A stretch of 24,000 nt of DNA from Candidatus Hodarchaeaceae archaeon (GCA_030018135.1 JASEGJ010000010.1:13283-37282), one strand, 5' to 3'; shown: positions 15,093 through 22,907, numbered from the stretch's first letter. Made by a program: numbers and translations. The notes: a model not told the origin generated them from the sequence alone.

Positions 15093-16340
15093 TTAGCCAT
15101 CTCCCGATCGTGCCTCGGATTTAACCGAACTCATCTCGCTGTACCTGGCCCAGATAGCGCATGCCCCCTCCGAGGATACCATACATGGCCCCCACGGGTT
15201 CAGCGGGGAGCAGCCCTTCATGAAGAGGGGGCAGTCCGCGGGCTTAGCTATGCCGACGATGACCTCGCCGCACCTACACCTTGGAGGGAGGTCGTGCTCC
15301 CATGGGACGCCGTGGTGCGCATGGGTGTAAATAAATTCCTTCGGGGTCAAATCCGGCACGTCGAAGTGTTTCAATGCATCATGCTTTTCGAAAAATTCCC
15401 CTTTGAGCTTGAGCCCGCTTCGGGGGATGAATCCGAGACCCCTCCAAGCCGCATATGCCCTTTCAAAGACCTCGTCAATCAATTTCTTCGCGTATTCGTT
15501 CCCTCCCCATTTCACGAGCCGCTTGTACTCTATCTTTACCGCGGGTCTGTTCTCCTTTATCATCAGGAGTATCTGGGCCACCGCCATCAGGACGTCGATC
15601 GGCTCAAACCCTGCGACCACGGTGGGCAAACCGTGCACCCGCGGAAGGAACTCCCACTCCGCCGCGCCGATTATGGTTGAGACGTGGCCTGGCGCTATAA
15701 CCCCCCTTATCGGCAACAACCCGCGCTCTTGGTGGATCTTGACAGTGTACTTCATCGATGGCGGGGTCAACCTCATTACGTTAAGGAATTTTAGGTCCTC
15801 CGAAACCATTCCCCTCGTCAGCGTCAACGCGTAACTGGGGGCCGTCGTCTCGAACCCTATGCCGAAAAACACGCTCTCTTTTCCTTGCTCACGCGAGTCC
15901 CTTGCCGCATCGAGGAAGCTATAAACGACTTTGACATCGCCGCCATCCACCTTAACTTCTTGGAGGCTGGCAGGGCATCCGGCCTTTGCGCTGCGAAGTC
16001 TCAGCGAGTCGCCATAGGTGTAAATCCTGATGCCTTCCCGCGCGAGTTTTACTGCGACATCGACATAGTACGAGGGGACAACGCACACGGGGCAACCTGG
16101 TCCAGCCACCATGTCCAAGAAAGGAGGAAGGAGGTCCCTCAGGCCGTAGTAGGTTGTGGTCCATTCGTGGGTGCCGCAGAAGTTCATTATCTTGATCGCG
16201 TCGCATTTCTCCCTCTCCCTGATCGCGCTAGCGTACTTCCATATGGTGTCCCTAAGCTTCGACGCTAGCGGTAGGTTCTGCCTGAACACTTGTCTTATGA
16301 GTTCCCGGTCATCGAGCTGACTTTTCAAGTACCGCACCAT
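15093..16340 (-). CDS. hypD: [NiFe]-hydrogenase maturation protein HypD
   Basis: 415-aa ORF with the motifs FCGTHE, GPGCPVCV and a C-terminal Cys cluster (PRCRCGEV..DCPLF..GPCMVSSEGAC). Confidence 0.95.
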   Translation of the reverse strand: MVRYLKSQLDDRELIRQVFRQNLPLASKLRDTIWKYASAIREREKCDAIKIMNFCGTHEWTTTYYGLRDLLPPFLDMVAGPGCPVCVVPSYYVDVAVKLAREGIRIYTYGDSLRLRSAKAGCPASLQEVKVDGGDVKVVYSFLDAARDSREQGKESVFFGIGFETTAPSYALTLTRGMVSEDLKFLNVMRLTPPSMKYTVKIHQERGLLPIRGVIAPGHVSTIIGAAEWEFLPRVHGLPTVVAGFEPIDVLMAVAQILLMIKENRPAVKIEYKRLVKWGGNEYAKKLIDEVFERAYAAWRGLGFIPRSGLKLKGEFFEKHDALKHFDVPDLTPKEFIYTHAHHGVPWEHDLPPRCRCGEVIVGIAKPADCPLFMKGCSPLNPWGPCMVSSEGACAIWARYSEMSSVKSEARSGDG

Positions 16341-16421
16341 CCCGCTATCAAATCATGTCTTTAACTATTTAGGCAACGGAAAAAAATTCAGTTTTCCGCA
16401 ATGCGGTGCCAATGCTGTTAT

Positions 16422-16763
16422 TCAAACCTTATCCGCTTCGAGCAATAGTCGGAGATCCTCATCCTTTAGGTCTGCCCTATGATATACTCTGACCAAGTAA
16501 GCTACCCGATCCGCAACCGATGACTCAACGCCTAGTTCACCCAAGATTTTTCGTGCAAGCTTTGAGCCTTTTCGGCAGTGGATTTCCATCTTTGAATTCT
16601 GGTCTTGAATGTTGCCCACAAATCCCCCTCGGTATGGAAGGGAGTAACCAATATCATGGAGGTAAGCGGCTGCGATGAGCAACTGCTTGTTGAGCGTCGA
16701 TGTTTTAAGGAGCCTTTTCACGTTCGCGACTACCTTCGCTGTATGCTCGTAGTACCTAGGCAC
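16422..16763 (-). CDS. HD-domain protein (possibly N-terminally truncated)
   Basis: 113-aa ORF with AAYLHDIGY (HD motif) and an upstream His (YYEHTAKV). GTG start directly after an in-frame TGA. Confidence 0.6.
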   Translation of the reverse strand: MPRYYEHTAKVVANVKRLLKTSTLNKQLLIAAAYLHDIGYSLPYRGGFVGNIQDQNSKMEIHCRKGSKLARKILGELGVESSVADRVAYLVRVYHRADLKDEDLRLLLEADKV

Positions 16764-17165
16764 GCTGTTCTCGAATATCTCCTTAACCCTTTGGTCCAGC
16801 TTCGTTTCAAGAGCCCGCAGCCATCTAGATGCTCTGCCTGTCGAACTCGTGCTTCATAAATTTTCAAATTTGTCATTTGAGCTTGCTGAGGAAGAGGTCA
16901 TCCTGAGCTTGTTCATTAGGTCCTCATACGTCATCCTGTCTACCAAGCTCCAGTTGAACTCCTCTGCCTCCCTGAACTCCAAACGCAGCGCGTTATATGG
17001 ACATGCGGGGGACATGCGGCGTGCGATGTCCCCAAGCTTTCTAGCTCCCCTTTGACCTGACTGAAATTTTCAGCTGCATTGGCTTTTTCGACTACTTGGT
17101 CCAGTTCGCCCCAACTTCTGCAGTATTACCTCGTGTTCCTCCTTCAGTATCTGAATTGGGTGCAT
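16764..17165 (-). pseudogene. Decayed coding region (hemerythrin/DUF438-like N terminus followed by multiple frame breaks)
   Basis: ATG at 17165 gives MHPIQILKEEHEVILQKLG... Protein-like sequence then continues only by switching frames (..LDQVVEKANAAENFSQVKGELESL.., ..EFREAEEFNWSLVDRMTYEDLMNKL..). Lower GC than the neighbours. Confidence 0.3.
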
Positions 17166-17224
17166 GGGATCTAGCGCCGAGGCCTTCCCAATAATCCGGT
17201 GAAAATTTTACTTGTCTATAAGAG

Positions 17225-17851
17225 CTAATATTTTTTGCACAACCGAACGGCTTGCATAATATGGGCGGCATGAGCGTCAGCGCCCATCTCGTGCGCCAAG
17301 CTCTCCGAAGCGGCCGATCCGCCGATGATAACCTTTACATTTTTTCTGAGCCCCCTCGCCTCCAACATCCCGACGGCCCGCCACGCCGCATAAATCGCCG
17401 TCGAAAGCCGCAGCGACATTGCAGCGATGTCAGCTTTATGCCTCTCGACTGCTTTGACGAAGGTCTCCGGCGAAACGAAGACGCCCACATCCACCACCTC
17501 GAATCCCGCGGCCCTCAGCCACGTAGCCACCAAATTTTTCCCGATGTCGTGTACGTCGGGTCCGACCGTCCCGATCACAACCTTACCTAACTTTCCTCCT
17601 TCAGGTAACTTCGGTGCAAGCCTTTCCCGGGCCCTCTCAAACATCTCGGCGGCGATCAAGACCTCCGGCAGGAAAATTTCTTGTTTTTCATATGCTCCCC
17701 CGACGGCCATCATCCCCCGCGATAGGCCCCTCAAAATGGCTTGAGCTGGGATTTTCTGAAGTGTAGCCCTATCGATGTCCTCGAGGAGTCCCCTATAGTC
17801 GAGCCTACTTACATCTCGCTCAATTTCCCTCAAAATTTTAGCCATGGGCAT
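17225..17851 (-). CDS. Cobalamin-binding corrinoid protein (MtaC/MtbC/MttC-like)
   Basis: 208-aa ORF with the B12-binding motif GTVGPDVHDIGKN (DxHxxG), then MSLRLS and IIGGSA elements, and an N-terminal helical cap domain. Confidence 0.9.
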   Translation of the reverse strand: MPMAKILREIERDVSRLDYRGLLEDIDRATLQKIPAQAILRGLSRGMMAVGGAYEKQEIFLPEVLIAAEMFERARERLAPKLPEGGKLGKVVIGTVGPDVHDIGKNLVATWLRAAGFEVVDVGVFVSPETFVKAVERHKADIAAMSLRLSTAIYAAWRAVGMLEARGLRKNVKVIIGGSAASESLAHEMGADAHAAHIMQAVRLCKKY

Positions 17852-18893
17852 GGGCCTTCGCCACCTCCAACACGGCTTTAACCTTCGCCATGGCGCCGGC
17901 CTCGCCGAAGCTCCTGCCCGGGAATGGCCTATGCGTGTCTGTTAAAACCAGCCGCCTGCTGCCGTGGCGGCGCAGGAGTTTTTCCGCTACCCTGGCGACC
18001 TCCTGTGGTCCGACATCATCCATGAACATGAGCTCTATCGGAATTCCCGTAAAGAAGACCATCTCGCTGACCGCCTTTCGGGCTTTCACGATTAAATCCA
18101 CCCACTTGAGCGAATCGCCGACCGTAGCCTTGGGCGCGAAATCGAGCGGGTGGAGCGAGTCGTAACACCTCGCGAGCTCGACTAAAAGGTTTCGAACGAG
18201 AAGGTTACCATCCGCGTGCAACTTCGTGAATTTCCCCCGCTTCCTCACCTCGCCGGCCAGCTTCCTGTGCCAGCGAAGGTAGTCGCGTCGCATGAACCGG
18301 GCTGAGTAGTTTGGCCCCGCGTGGCCGCATGCGTCGTCGGCTATGCGCACCGCGTCGACGTAATTGAGTTCAGCTCCCACCTTCACCAGCTCGAGGATGT
18401 ATGCGCCGCACCGGTCGTACAGCTCGCGGCCCCTGCGTGGCCCCAACTCCGTCAGGATCGAAAAGTCGAAGTGATGCCTGGAGAGCGCCGGGTAAGTCGC
18501 GCGTTCAGGGTAGGCGATGGGCGAGGGGGGCATGCAGAAGAATTCGCTCTGCTCGGTTGGCCCCAGGACCTCGAATACGACGAATCTATCATTCGTGAAC
18601 CGCTCCATCTCTTCGACTTTGTTCATCGTCTCCTCGACGACCTCGTCGACGTCGGGCCAGTCGTACTCGTCCATGTCGAGCCCCTCCGACCACTCCCACA
18701 GGTCCCCCCCCTCGCGGCGCCTGAACGGACCTCCCTTCGAGAGAAAGGATCCCCACCTAGGCACCCATGCATGAATCACGACCGCATCGCCCAGCTCGTG
18801 CTCCAAGGTCTTTTGCTCGCTCTCGAACAGGAGTGGGATTCGAGGCGGCTCCTTGCCCTCAAAGACCGCGTGGACGAGTTCCCTCGAGTTCAC
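17838..18893 (-). CDS. Uroporphyrinogen-decarboxylase (URO-D/MtaA) family methyltransferase-like protein
   Basis: 351-aa ORF. URO-D-type N terminus (SRELVHAVFEGKEPPRIPLL) and LHADGNLL..LHPLD core. No obvious H-x-C zinc motif. GTG start with GGAGG 7 nt upstream. 14-nt overlap with the corrinoid protein gene. Confidence 0.75.
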   Translation of the reverse strand: MNSRELVHAVFEGKEPPRIPLLFESEQKTLEHELGDAVVIHAWVPRWGSFLSKGGPFRRREGGDLWEWSEGLDMDEYDWPDVDEVVEETMNKVEEMERFTNDRFVVFEVLGPTEQSEFFCMPPSPIAYPERATYPALSRHHFDFSILTELGPRRGRELYDRCGAYILELVKVGAELNYVDAVRIADDACGHAGPNYSARFMRRDYLRWHRKLAGEVRKRGKFTKLHADGNLLVRNLLVELARCYDSLHPLDFAPKATVGDSLKWVDLIVKARKAVSEMVFFTGIPIELMFMDDVGPQEVARVAEKLLRRHGSRRLVLTDTHRPFPGRSFGEAGAMAKVKAVLEVAKAHAHG

Positions 18894-18977
18894 CGAGCAC
18901 CCCTCCTTGAAAAATTTAACGCGATGCGCGGGCGAGATGCCTCTTGTAGGAGTTGGCGCAGTGCACGCAGCAGAACA

Positions 18978-19205
18978 TCAACACCACATGAACGCGATGT
19001 CAGGCTGCGGTGAAGTTGCTGAGGTCCCCTTCCGCGACACATTCGATTTGCCCCCATAGGCTGCACTCCTCACAAATTCGCAGAAGCGCGCCGGCAATTT
19101 CGGCCTCTGCCCGGCAATCACTTCCTTCGATATCTTTATCGCCACAGGGCTCGCCGAGAGCTGAAAGAATTTTCGAAATTTCTTTGATGTCCCCTCATAC
19201 CTCAT
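18978..19205 (-). CDS. Small ORF coupled to SepCysS; resembles only the N-terminal part of DUF169 proteins (possible gene remnant)
   Basis: ATG at 19205 lies 1 nt after the SepCysS stop. MRYEGTSKKFRKFFQLSASPVAIKISKE..RFCEFVRSAAYGGKS is DUF169-like; the remaining residues are not. Confidence 0.35.
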   Translation of the reverse strand: MRYEGTSKKFRKFFQLSASPVAIKISKEVIAGQRPKLPARFCEFVRSAAYGGKSNVSRKGTSATSPQPDIAFMWC

Positions 19206-19206
19206 T

Positions 19207-20427
19207 TCATTCAACCCCGATGTCGTATGACCTAGCTATTTCGTGAAATGCATCCGCGACCTTTTGAAGTTGATCTCGGTTCAGGCCGTAAGTGTTTAAT
19301 TTTATCAGCTTGGTCATCCCTGGATGTATGCCGGATATCTTCCTCTTTTTAAGTTCCTCGTGGAGGAAGAACCCGCGCCGTTCATGTTTTTTGGCGACCC
19401 TGTGGAAGGATGGGGTTTCGAAGCTGACGAGGGTGTGCCGCCTCGGCCGTTCGCCAAGTTGGTGGAAGTCCTTGATGCGTTCTAATTCTTTTACCAACCA
19501 CCTGATTTTCTCCACCTCCTCCTCCCAGCGCTTCACTCGCCCGACGACGTGCGGGAAGCTCGCCATTAGCGTCGCGATTGGCGCCCCGAACACTGGCGGA
19601 CATCCGAAGAGGAAGACCTCTTTTTTAGCGAAGGCACGGCCGCTCCAAGGACCTTTGATCGTCGAAGTTCTGAAAACCTTATCTGCGAACTCATAGGTTG
19701 TTGCTAAAATTCCTATTGGCCCAGATGCAGCCCAAGATTTATGCCCGCTACCCACCAGAAAATCTGCCTGCAACTTTTTGCCGTCTACAGGCATAACGCC
19801 CGCCGTGTACGCGGCATTCAAGATGAAAGGTACACCGTAACTCTTAGCTATTTTTCCAACCGCAGCTGCTTCAGCGAGGTTCCCGTAGCGGTAGTCGGCA
19901 TGCGTTAGAAGTACCGACGCCGGGAGCTCACCCGTTTCTCGCTTGACCTCATCGATTTTTACCGCATAGTCGTCTGCCTTTATCTTGAACTCGGGATAAC
20001 CGCTGTGCGGCACCTCGACTATCTTGAGGCCGTTGAGCTCAGCTGCGATGTAAGTGGTGTAATGAGCAAGCGAGTCGATCACTACCATGTCACCAGGCTC
20101 AGTTATTGCCTTGAAAATCGCATTTTTTGCGCCCCTTGCGCCTGGTGTGAAGTTGACCTCGTCCATGTTCAAAAACTTGGCCACATCGTCGGCGAAGTCG
20201 AATATGGGCGGTTTTTTCACCAGGTCAACGCGACCCTCTAAACAATAATCGCAGACGCTGTAGCCGTCGGCGAATGAGAGCAGGGTCTCGCGGGTTTCCG
20301 GGGGCAGTATTCCTCCCCTTTGAATCGGGTGTAAATTGATCCAACTCTCGTCGACCTCTCGGCGGAGGTTTTTGTATATGTCGAGATTTATTTCTCTCAC
20401 CCTATCGTCCCCAAGAAACTGTCCCAC
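19207..20427 (-). CDS. pscS: O-phosphoseryl-tRNA(Cys):Cys-tRNA synthase (SepCysS)
   Basis: 406-aa ORF. INLHPIQRGG, GYSVCDYC, PLP-lysine motif VGSGHKSWAASGPIG, MASFPHV..RVKRWEEEV, closely matching SepCysS as I recall it from Archaeoglobus and methanogens. Start is GTG 20427, or possibly GTG 20400. Confidence 0.9.
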   Translation of the reverse strand: MGQFLGDDRVREINLDIYKNLRREVDESWINLHPIQRGGILPPETRETLLSFADGYSVCDYCLEGRVDLVKKPPIFDFADDVAKFLNMDEVNFTPGARGAKNAIFKAITEPGDMVVIDSLAHYTTYIAAELNGLKIVEVPHSGYPEFKIKADDYAVKIDEVKRETGELPASVLLTHADYRYGNLAEAAAVGKIAKSYGVPFILNAAYTAGVMPVDGKKLQADFLVGSGHKSWAASGPIGILATTYEFADKVFRTSTIKGPWSGRAFAKKEVFLFGCPPVFGAPIATLMASFPHVVGRVKRWEEEVEKIRWLVKELERIKDFHQLGERPRRHTLVSFETPSFHRVAKKHERRGFFLHEELKKRKISGIHPGMTKLIKLNTYGLNRDQLQKVADAFHEIARSYDIGVE

Positions 20428-20434
20428 GAACTTA

Positions 20435-20447
20435 ATAACTGTGTTAT
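20435..20447. promoter_or_regulatory. Palindromic operator candidate ATAAC-N3-GTTAT (site b) between SepCysS and the tusA-like gene
   Basis: ATAACTGTGTTAT. Flanked by TTA.. and ..GTTAAATAT (TATA-like on the SepCysS strand). Overlaps the tusA-like ATG. Confidence 0.6.
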
Positions 20448-20700
20448 GTTAAATATCCTTTATCGAAAGCAAGGGTCGGCTCGAAAAATCGATATCCGGG
20501 GCGATGTTTGCCCTTACACATTCGTGAAGTCGAAGCTCGCGCTGGAGGACATGGAGGGCGGCTAGGTGCTCGAGATCATCGTCGACCACGCGCCTGCCGT
20601 CGAAAACGTCCCGAGGAGCTTGACCAACGAAGGGCATAAGGTGCTCGAGGTTAGACAGGTTGGGGAAAGCGAGTGGAAGATCGTCGTGAGGAAGGCTTAG
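20446..20700 (+). pseudogene. tusA: TusA/SirA-family sulfur-carrier protein interrupted by an in-frame TAG (20563-20565)
   Basis: My translation: MLNILYRKQGSARKIDIRGDVCPYTFVKSKLALEDMEGG-TAG-VLEIIVDHAPAVENVPRSLTNEGHKVLEVRQVGESEWKIVVRKA*. Conserved CP(x)P-type active Cys present. The TAG aligns with the Glu of the usual G-E-x-L-x-V motif. Not in the ORF track because it is split. Confidence 0.7.
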
Positions 20701-20727
20701 CGAACCTTTATTTCAAGTTCCTCAATT

Positions 20728-21114
20728 CTACCACCCTTGCAAATGTAGGCCCTTCTTTCTCTGATTTTTTTCCTTCGTCGCGCCTACGATTAGCCACGCC
20801 ACGTCGGGCCATAGAGCCAAGAACTCCGCGTCCCTGCCGCTCACGTGGGCGCTGGCATTTGGGTGGGAGTGATAGATGCCGATGAGCGCCAGCCCCCTTG
20901 ACTCGGCTTCCACGATGGCATTGTAGACGAATTCCGCGTCTATTTCGAAGATTGTCGCCGATTCCTCGATATTTTCGGCCGAAATTACATCCTCGACATT
21001 TAGGTCCGCGTTCGCCCGCTCCCCCACCAATAGACCACAACATTCCACGGGGAAGCACTTCAGCGAATGCTCATCGATCGCGCGCAGGTCCTCTTTTTGG
21101 ATCTTGAGCCTCAT
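20728..21114 (-). CDS. JAMM/MPN+ metalloprotease (stand-alone, Mec+/QbsD/HvJAMM-like)
   Basis: 128-aa ORF with the complete JAMM motif: Glu in PVECCGLLVG, then HSHPNASAHVSGRD (H-x-H-x7-S-x2-D). Confidence 0.9.
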   Translation of the reverse strand: MRLKIQKEDLRAIDEHSLKCFPVECCGLLVGERANADLNVEDVISAENIEESATIFEIDAEFVYNAIVEAESRGLALIGIYHSHPNASAHVSGRDAEFLALWPDVAWLIVGATKEKNQRKKGLHLQGW

Positions 21115-21163
21115 CCGTCCACCACTTGACTAAACCCCCCCTTCCAAATTTAAAGAAAGAATT

Positions 21164-21184
21164 CCACCAGTCTTTGACTGGTGG
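21164..21184. repeat. Perfect 9-bp-stem/3-nt-loop hairpin, copy 1
   Basis: CCACCAGTC-TTT-GACTGGTGG. Confidence 0.8.
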
Positions 21185-21229
21185 TAACCCGTAGCTGAGT
21201 GACAGCATCCTGAAGTCGAGCATTTCATG

Positions 21230-21250
21230 CCGCCGGTCTTTGACCGGCGG
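21230..21250. repeat. Perfect 9-bp-stem/3-nt-loop hairpin, copy 2 (covaries with copy 1)
   Basis: CCGCCGGTC-TTT-GACCGGCGG. Two A-to-G changes in the 5' arm are matched by T-to-C changes in the 3' arm. Confidence 0.8.
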
Positions 21251-21299
21251 TTCTTGACAAACAAAAACAAATATGTCGCTAAAATCACGCTCGCTTTTA

Positions 21300-21312
21300 A
21301 TAACGTCGTTAT
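21300..21312. promoter_or_regulatory. Palindromic operator candidate ATAAC-N3-GTTAT (site c) in the thiI-like promoter
   Basis: ATAACGTCGTTAT. Overlaps TTTTAATAA (TATA-like) and ends 23 nt before the ATG at 21336. Confidence 0.6.
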
Positions 21313-21335
21313 GCTAAAAATTCTTAGGGTTCGCC

Positions 21336-22001
21336 ATGAGGGAAAAGGTCGTGTGCTTGGTCTCAGGGGGCATAGATTCCCCGGTCGCCTGCGCCTTGGC
21401 CGCTAGTAGGTTCGAGGTTTTGCCGCTTCACTTCTGCCTTTACCCCTACACGTGCGAGGAGACATTCCTCGTGGCGATGGAGGTGCTGAAGGATCTCAGG
21501 AAAAAGGCCAAGTTCAAGAAGGTCATCGTCTACCCCTGGGCGAGGATTTTGGACGCCATCCTGAAGTATCGGGAAAAGAGGAGCTACGCTTGCCTCGCGT
21601 GCAGGAAGAGCATGTTTGAGGTCGCCGAATCCATCTGCGAGCGGGAGGGGGCGGCGGGAATAGTAACGGGGGAGTCGCTCGGGCAGAAGGCGACTCAGAC
21701 GTTGACGAACCTTGGTGTGACCTCCCGGGGGATCAAATTTCCGATCTTCAGGCCCTTGCTCGGCTTGGACAAGGAGGAGATAGAGGGGATCTCCAAGCGG
21801 ATGGGCATCTGGCACGAGGTACACGCCGGCTGTTGCTTCGCCACCCCGAGGTACCCGCGGACGAGGGCTGAGCTCGAGGTGCTCGACAAGTTCCTCGAGG
21901 ACCTAAGGATTCGAGAGGCGATTCAGCGGGGTTTTGAGGGGATTTTGGAGGTCCGCACCTTCGAGGAGGACTTCAAGGGCTACCTCGAGGCACTCGCATA
22001 G
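21336..22001 (+). CDS. ThiI-like PP-loop ATPase/sulfurtransferase lacking the N-terminal ferredoxin-like and THUMP domains
   Basis: 221-aa ORF starting directly with the PP-loop (VVCLVSGGIDSPVA). ThiI-type TGESLGQKATQTLTNL and RPLLGLDKEEI. Cys motif CLAC plus a later GCC. Confidence 0.8.
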   Translation: MREKVVCLVSGGIDSPVACALAASRFEVLPLHFCLYPYTCEETFLVAMEVLKDLRKKAKFKKVIVYPWARILDAILKYREKRSYACLACRKSMFEVAESICEREGAAGIVTGESLGQKATQTLTNLGVTSRGIKFPIFRPLLGLDKEEIEGISKRMGIWHEVHAGCCFATPRYPRTRAELEVLDKFLEDLRIREAIQRGFEGILEVRTFEEDFKGYLEALA

Positions 22002-22059
22002 TTCTGGGCCCTGCGATGACACTTTTGGTCGTCGACAGGGTGTTGACAAACCTTGGCGT

Positions 22060-22907
22060 TCACCTGAGCTTTTCCAAGATCGCGTGATGCCTCTCGCAGA
22101 ATTCGTGTTCCTTCGGGCCGAGTTGGGCTAGGATGACCTCCTCCTGCCAATGGCCATTAAAGAGCCGACACTTCCTGTCGGGGCAAAACGGCTCGAGCAT
22201 GAGGTGATGGAAGATAGCCTGCATCACATACCCCTTCATCACCTCCGTGAGCCTATCGTCGTCGTAATCGATGAACCTGCCCTTGAACCTCTCCTTCAAC
22301 GCCTCTATGGGCACACCGCTCATCCCCAGCGCCGCGTATCGCTGCTTGAGTAGGTAGAACTCCTTGGGCTTGGCGGGCGCCTCGACGATACCAGTGGTGG
22401 AGATGATGGAAGGGAGGCCGTAGACGCTCACGCGCGCGTGGTATCTCCGGTCTCCCTCGTCGAAAGTGGCGAAGAAGCGGTTCGTGAAGATAATGTGAGC
22501 ATGCTCGATGCTGAACTCGTCAGTTGGCAGAATTTCCCGGAGCAGCGCTTGGAGCTTGAATCCATCGTAGAGCACCCCAGTGAGCCTGAGGCTGGGGTCG
22601 CGAAGGAGCTTACGCTCGAACTCGATTTCACCGGGGAGTGGCTCAAAGTGCGTGTCTGGGTTCGACGGGTCGCGGATCTTCGTCTTGGCCAGCTTCAGAG
22701 CTAGGGCTTCGATTTTATCCGGCGAAGTTGCTTAATGAAAGGTCCTCGCACCTCGACCGGGACCTTGCCAAATTTATCCTCCAGACAGCGGGCAATCTCA
22801 AACAGGTCGAGGGTCTTAGCTGAGAGGTCTTGGTACAAGTGGATGCTAGGCAAACGTTCGCTTATCACCGTTGAGTTGCTCATGTAGAGCACCACGTCTA
22901 TTTTCAA
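22060..22907 (-). pseudogene. Archaemetzincin-like (M54-like) protein without HExxH, apparently split by a frameshift near 22700-22712
   Basis: ORF 22701..22907 (MKIDVVLYMSN..FGKVPVEVRGPFIKQL) and ORF 22060..22575 are joined by a stop-free stretch in the second frame (DKIEALALKLAKTKIRDPSNPDTHFEPLPGEIEFERKLLRDPSLRLTG) that has no start codon. The C terminus has FHHLMLEPFCPDRKCRLFNGHW..FCERHH, where AmzA has HExxHxxGxxHC..C..C. Confidence 0.45.

Noticed and set aside
18894-18980. The TGA ending the 78-aa ORF is in the same frame as the URO-D gene, with 28 stop-free codons between them (..FMWC-TGA-CSAAC..). This could be read as a selenocysteine codon in one long protein.
   Set aside because: The URO-D homology starts exactly at GTG 18893, which has its own GGAGG 7 nt upstream. 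The bridging residues look like non-coding translation. No SECIS-like element or Sec machinery is seen, and frame coincidence has a one-in-three chance.
21164-21250. Possible mini-CRISPR array (two palindromic repeats with a spacer).
   Set aside because: There are only two copies, they are 21 nt long and not identical, no cas genes or leader are present, and the spacing (45 nt between repeats) and covariation pattern fit structured hairpins better.
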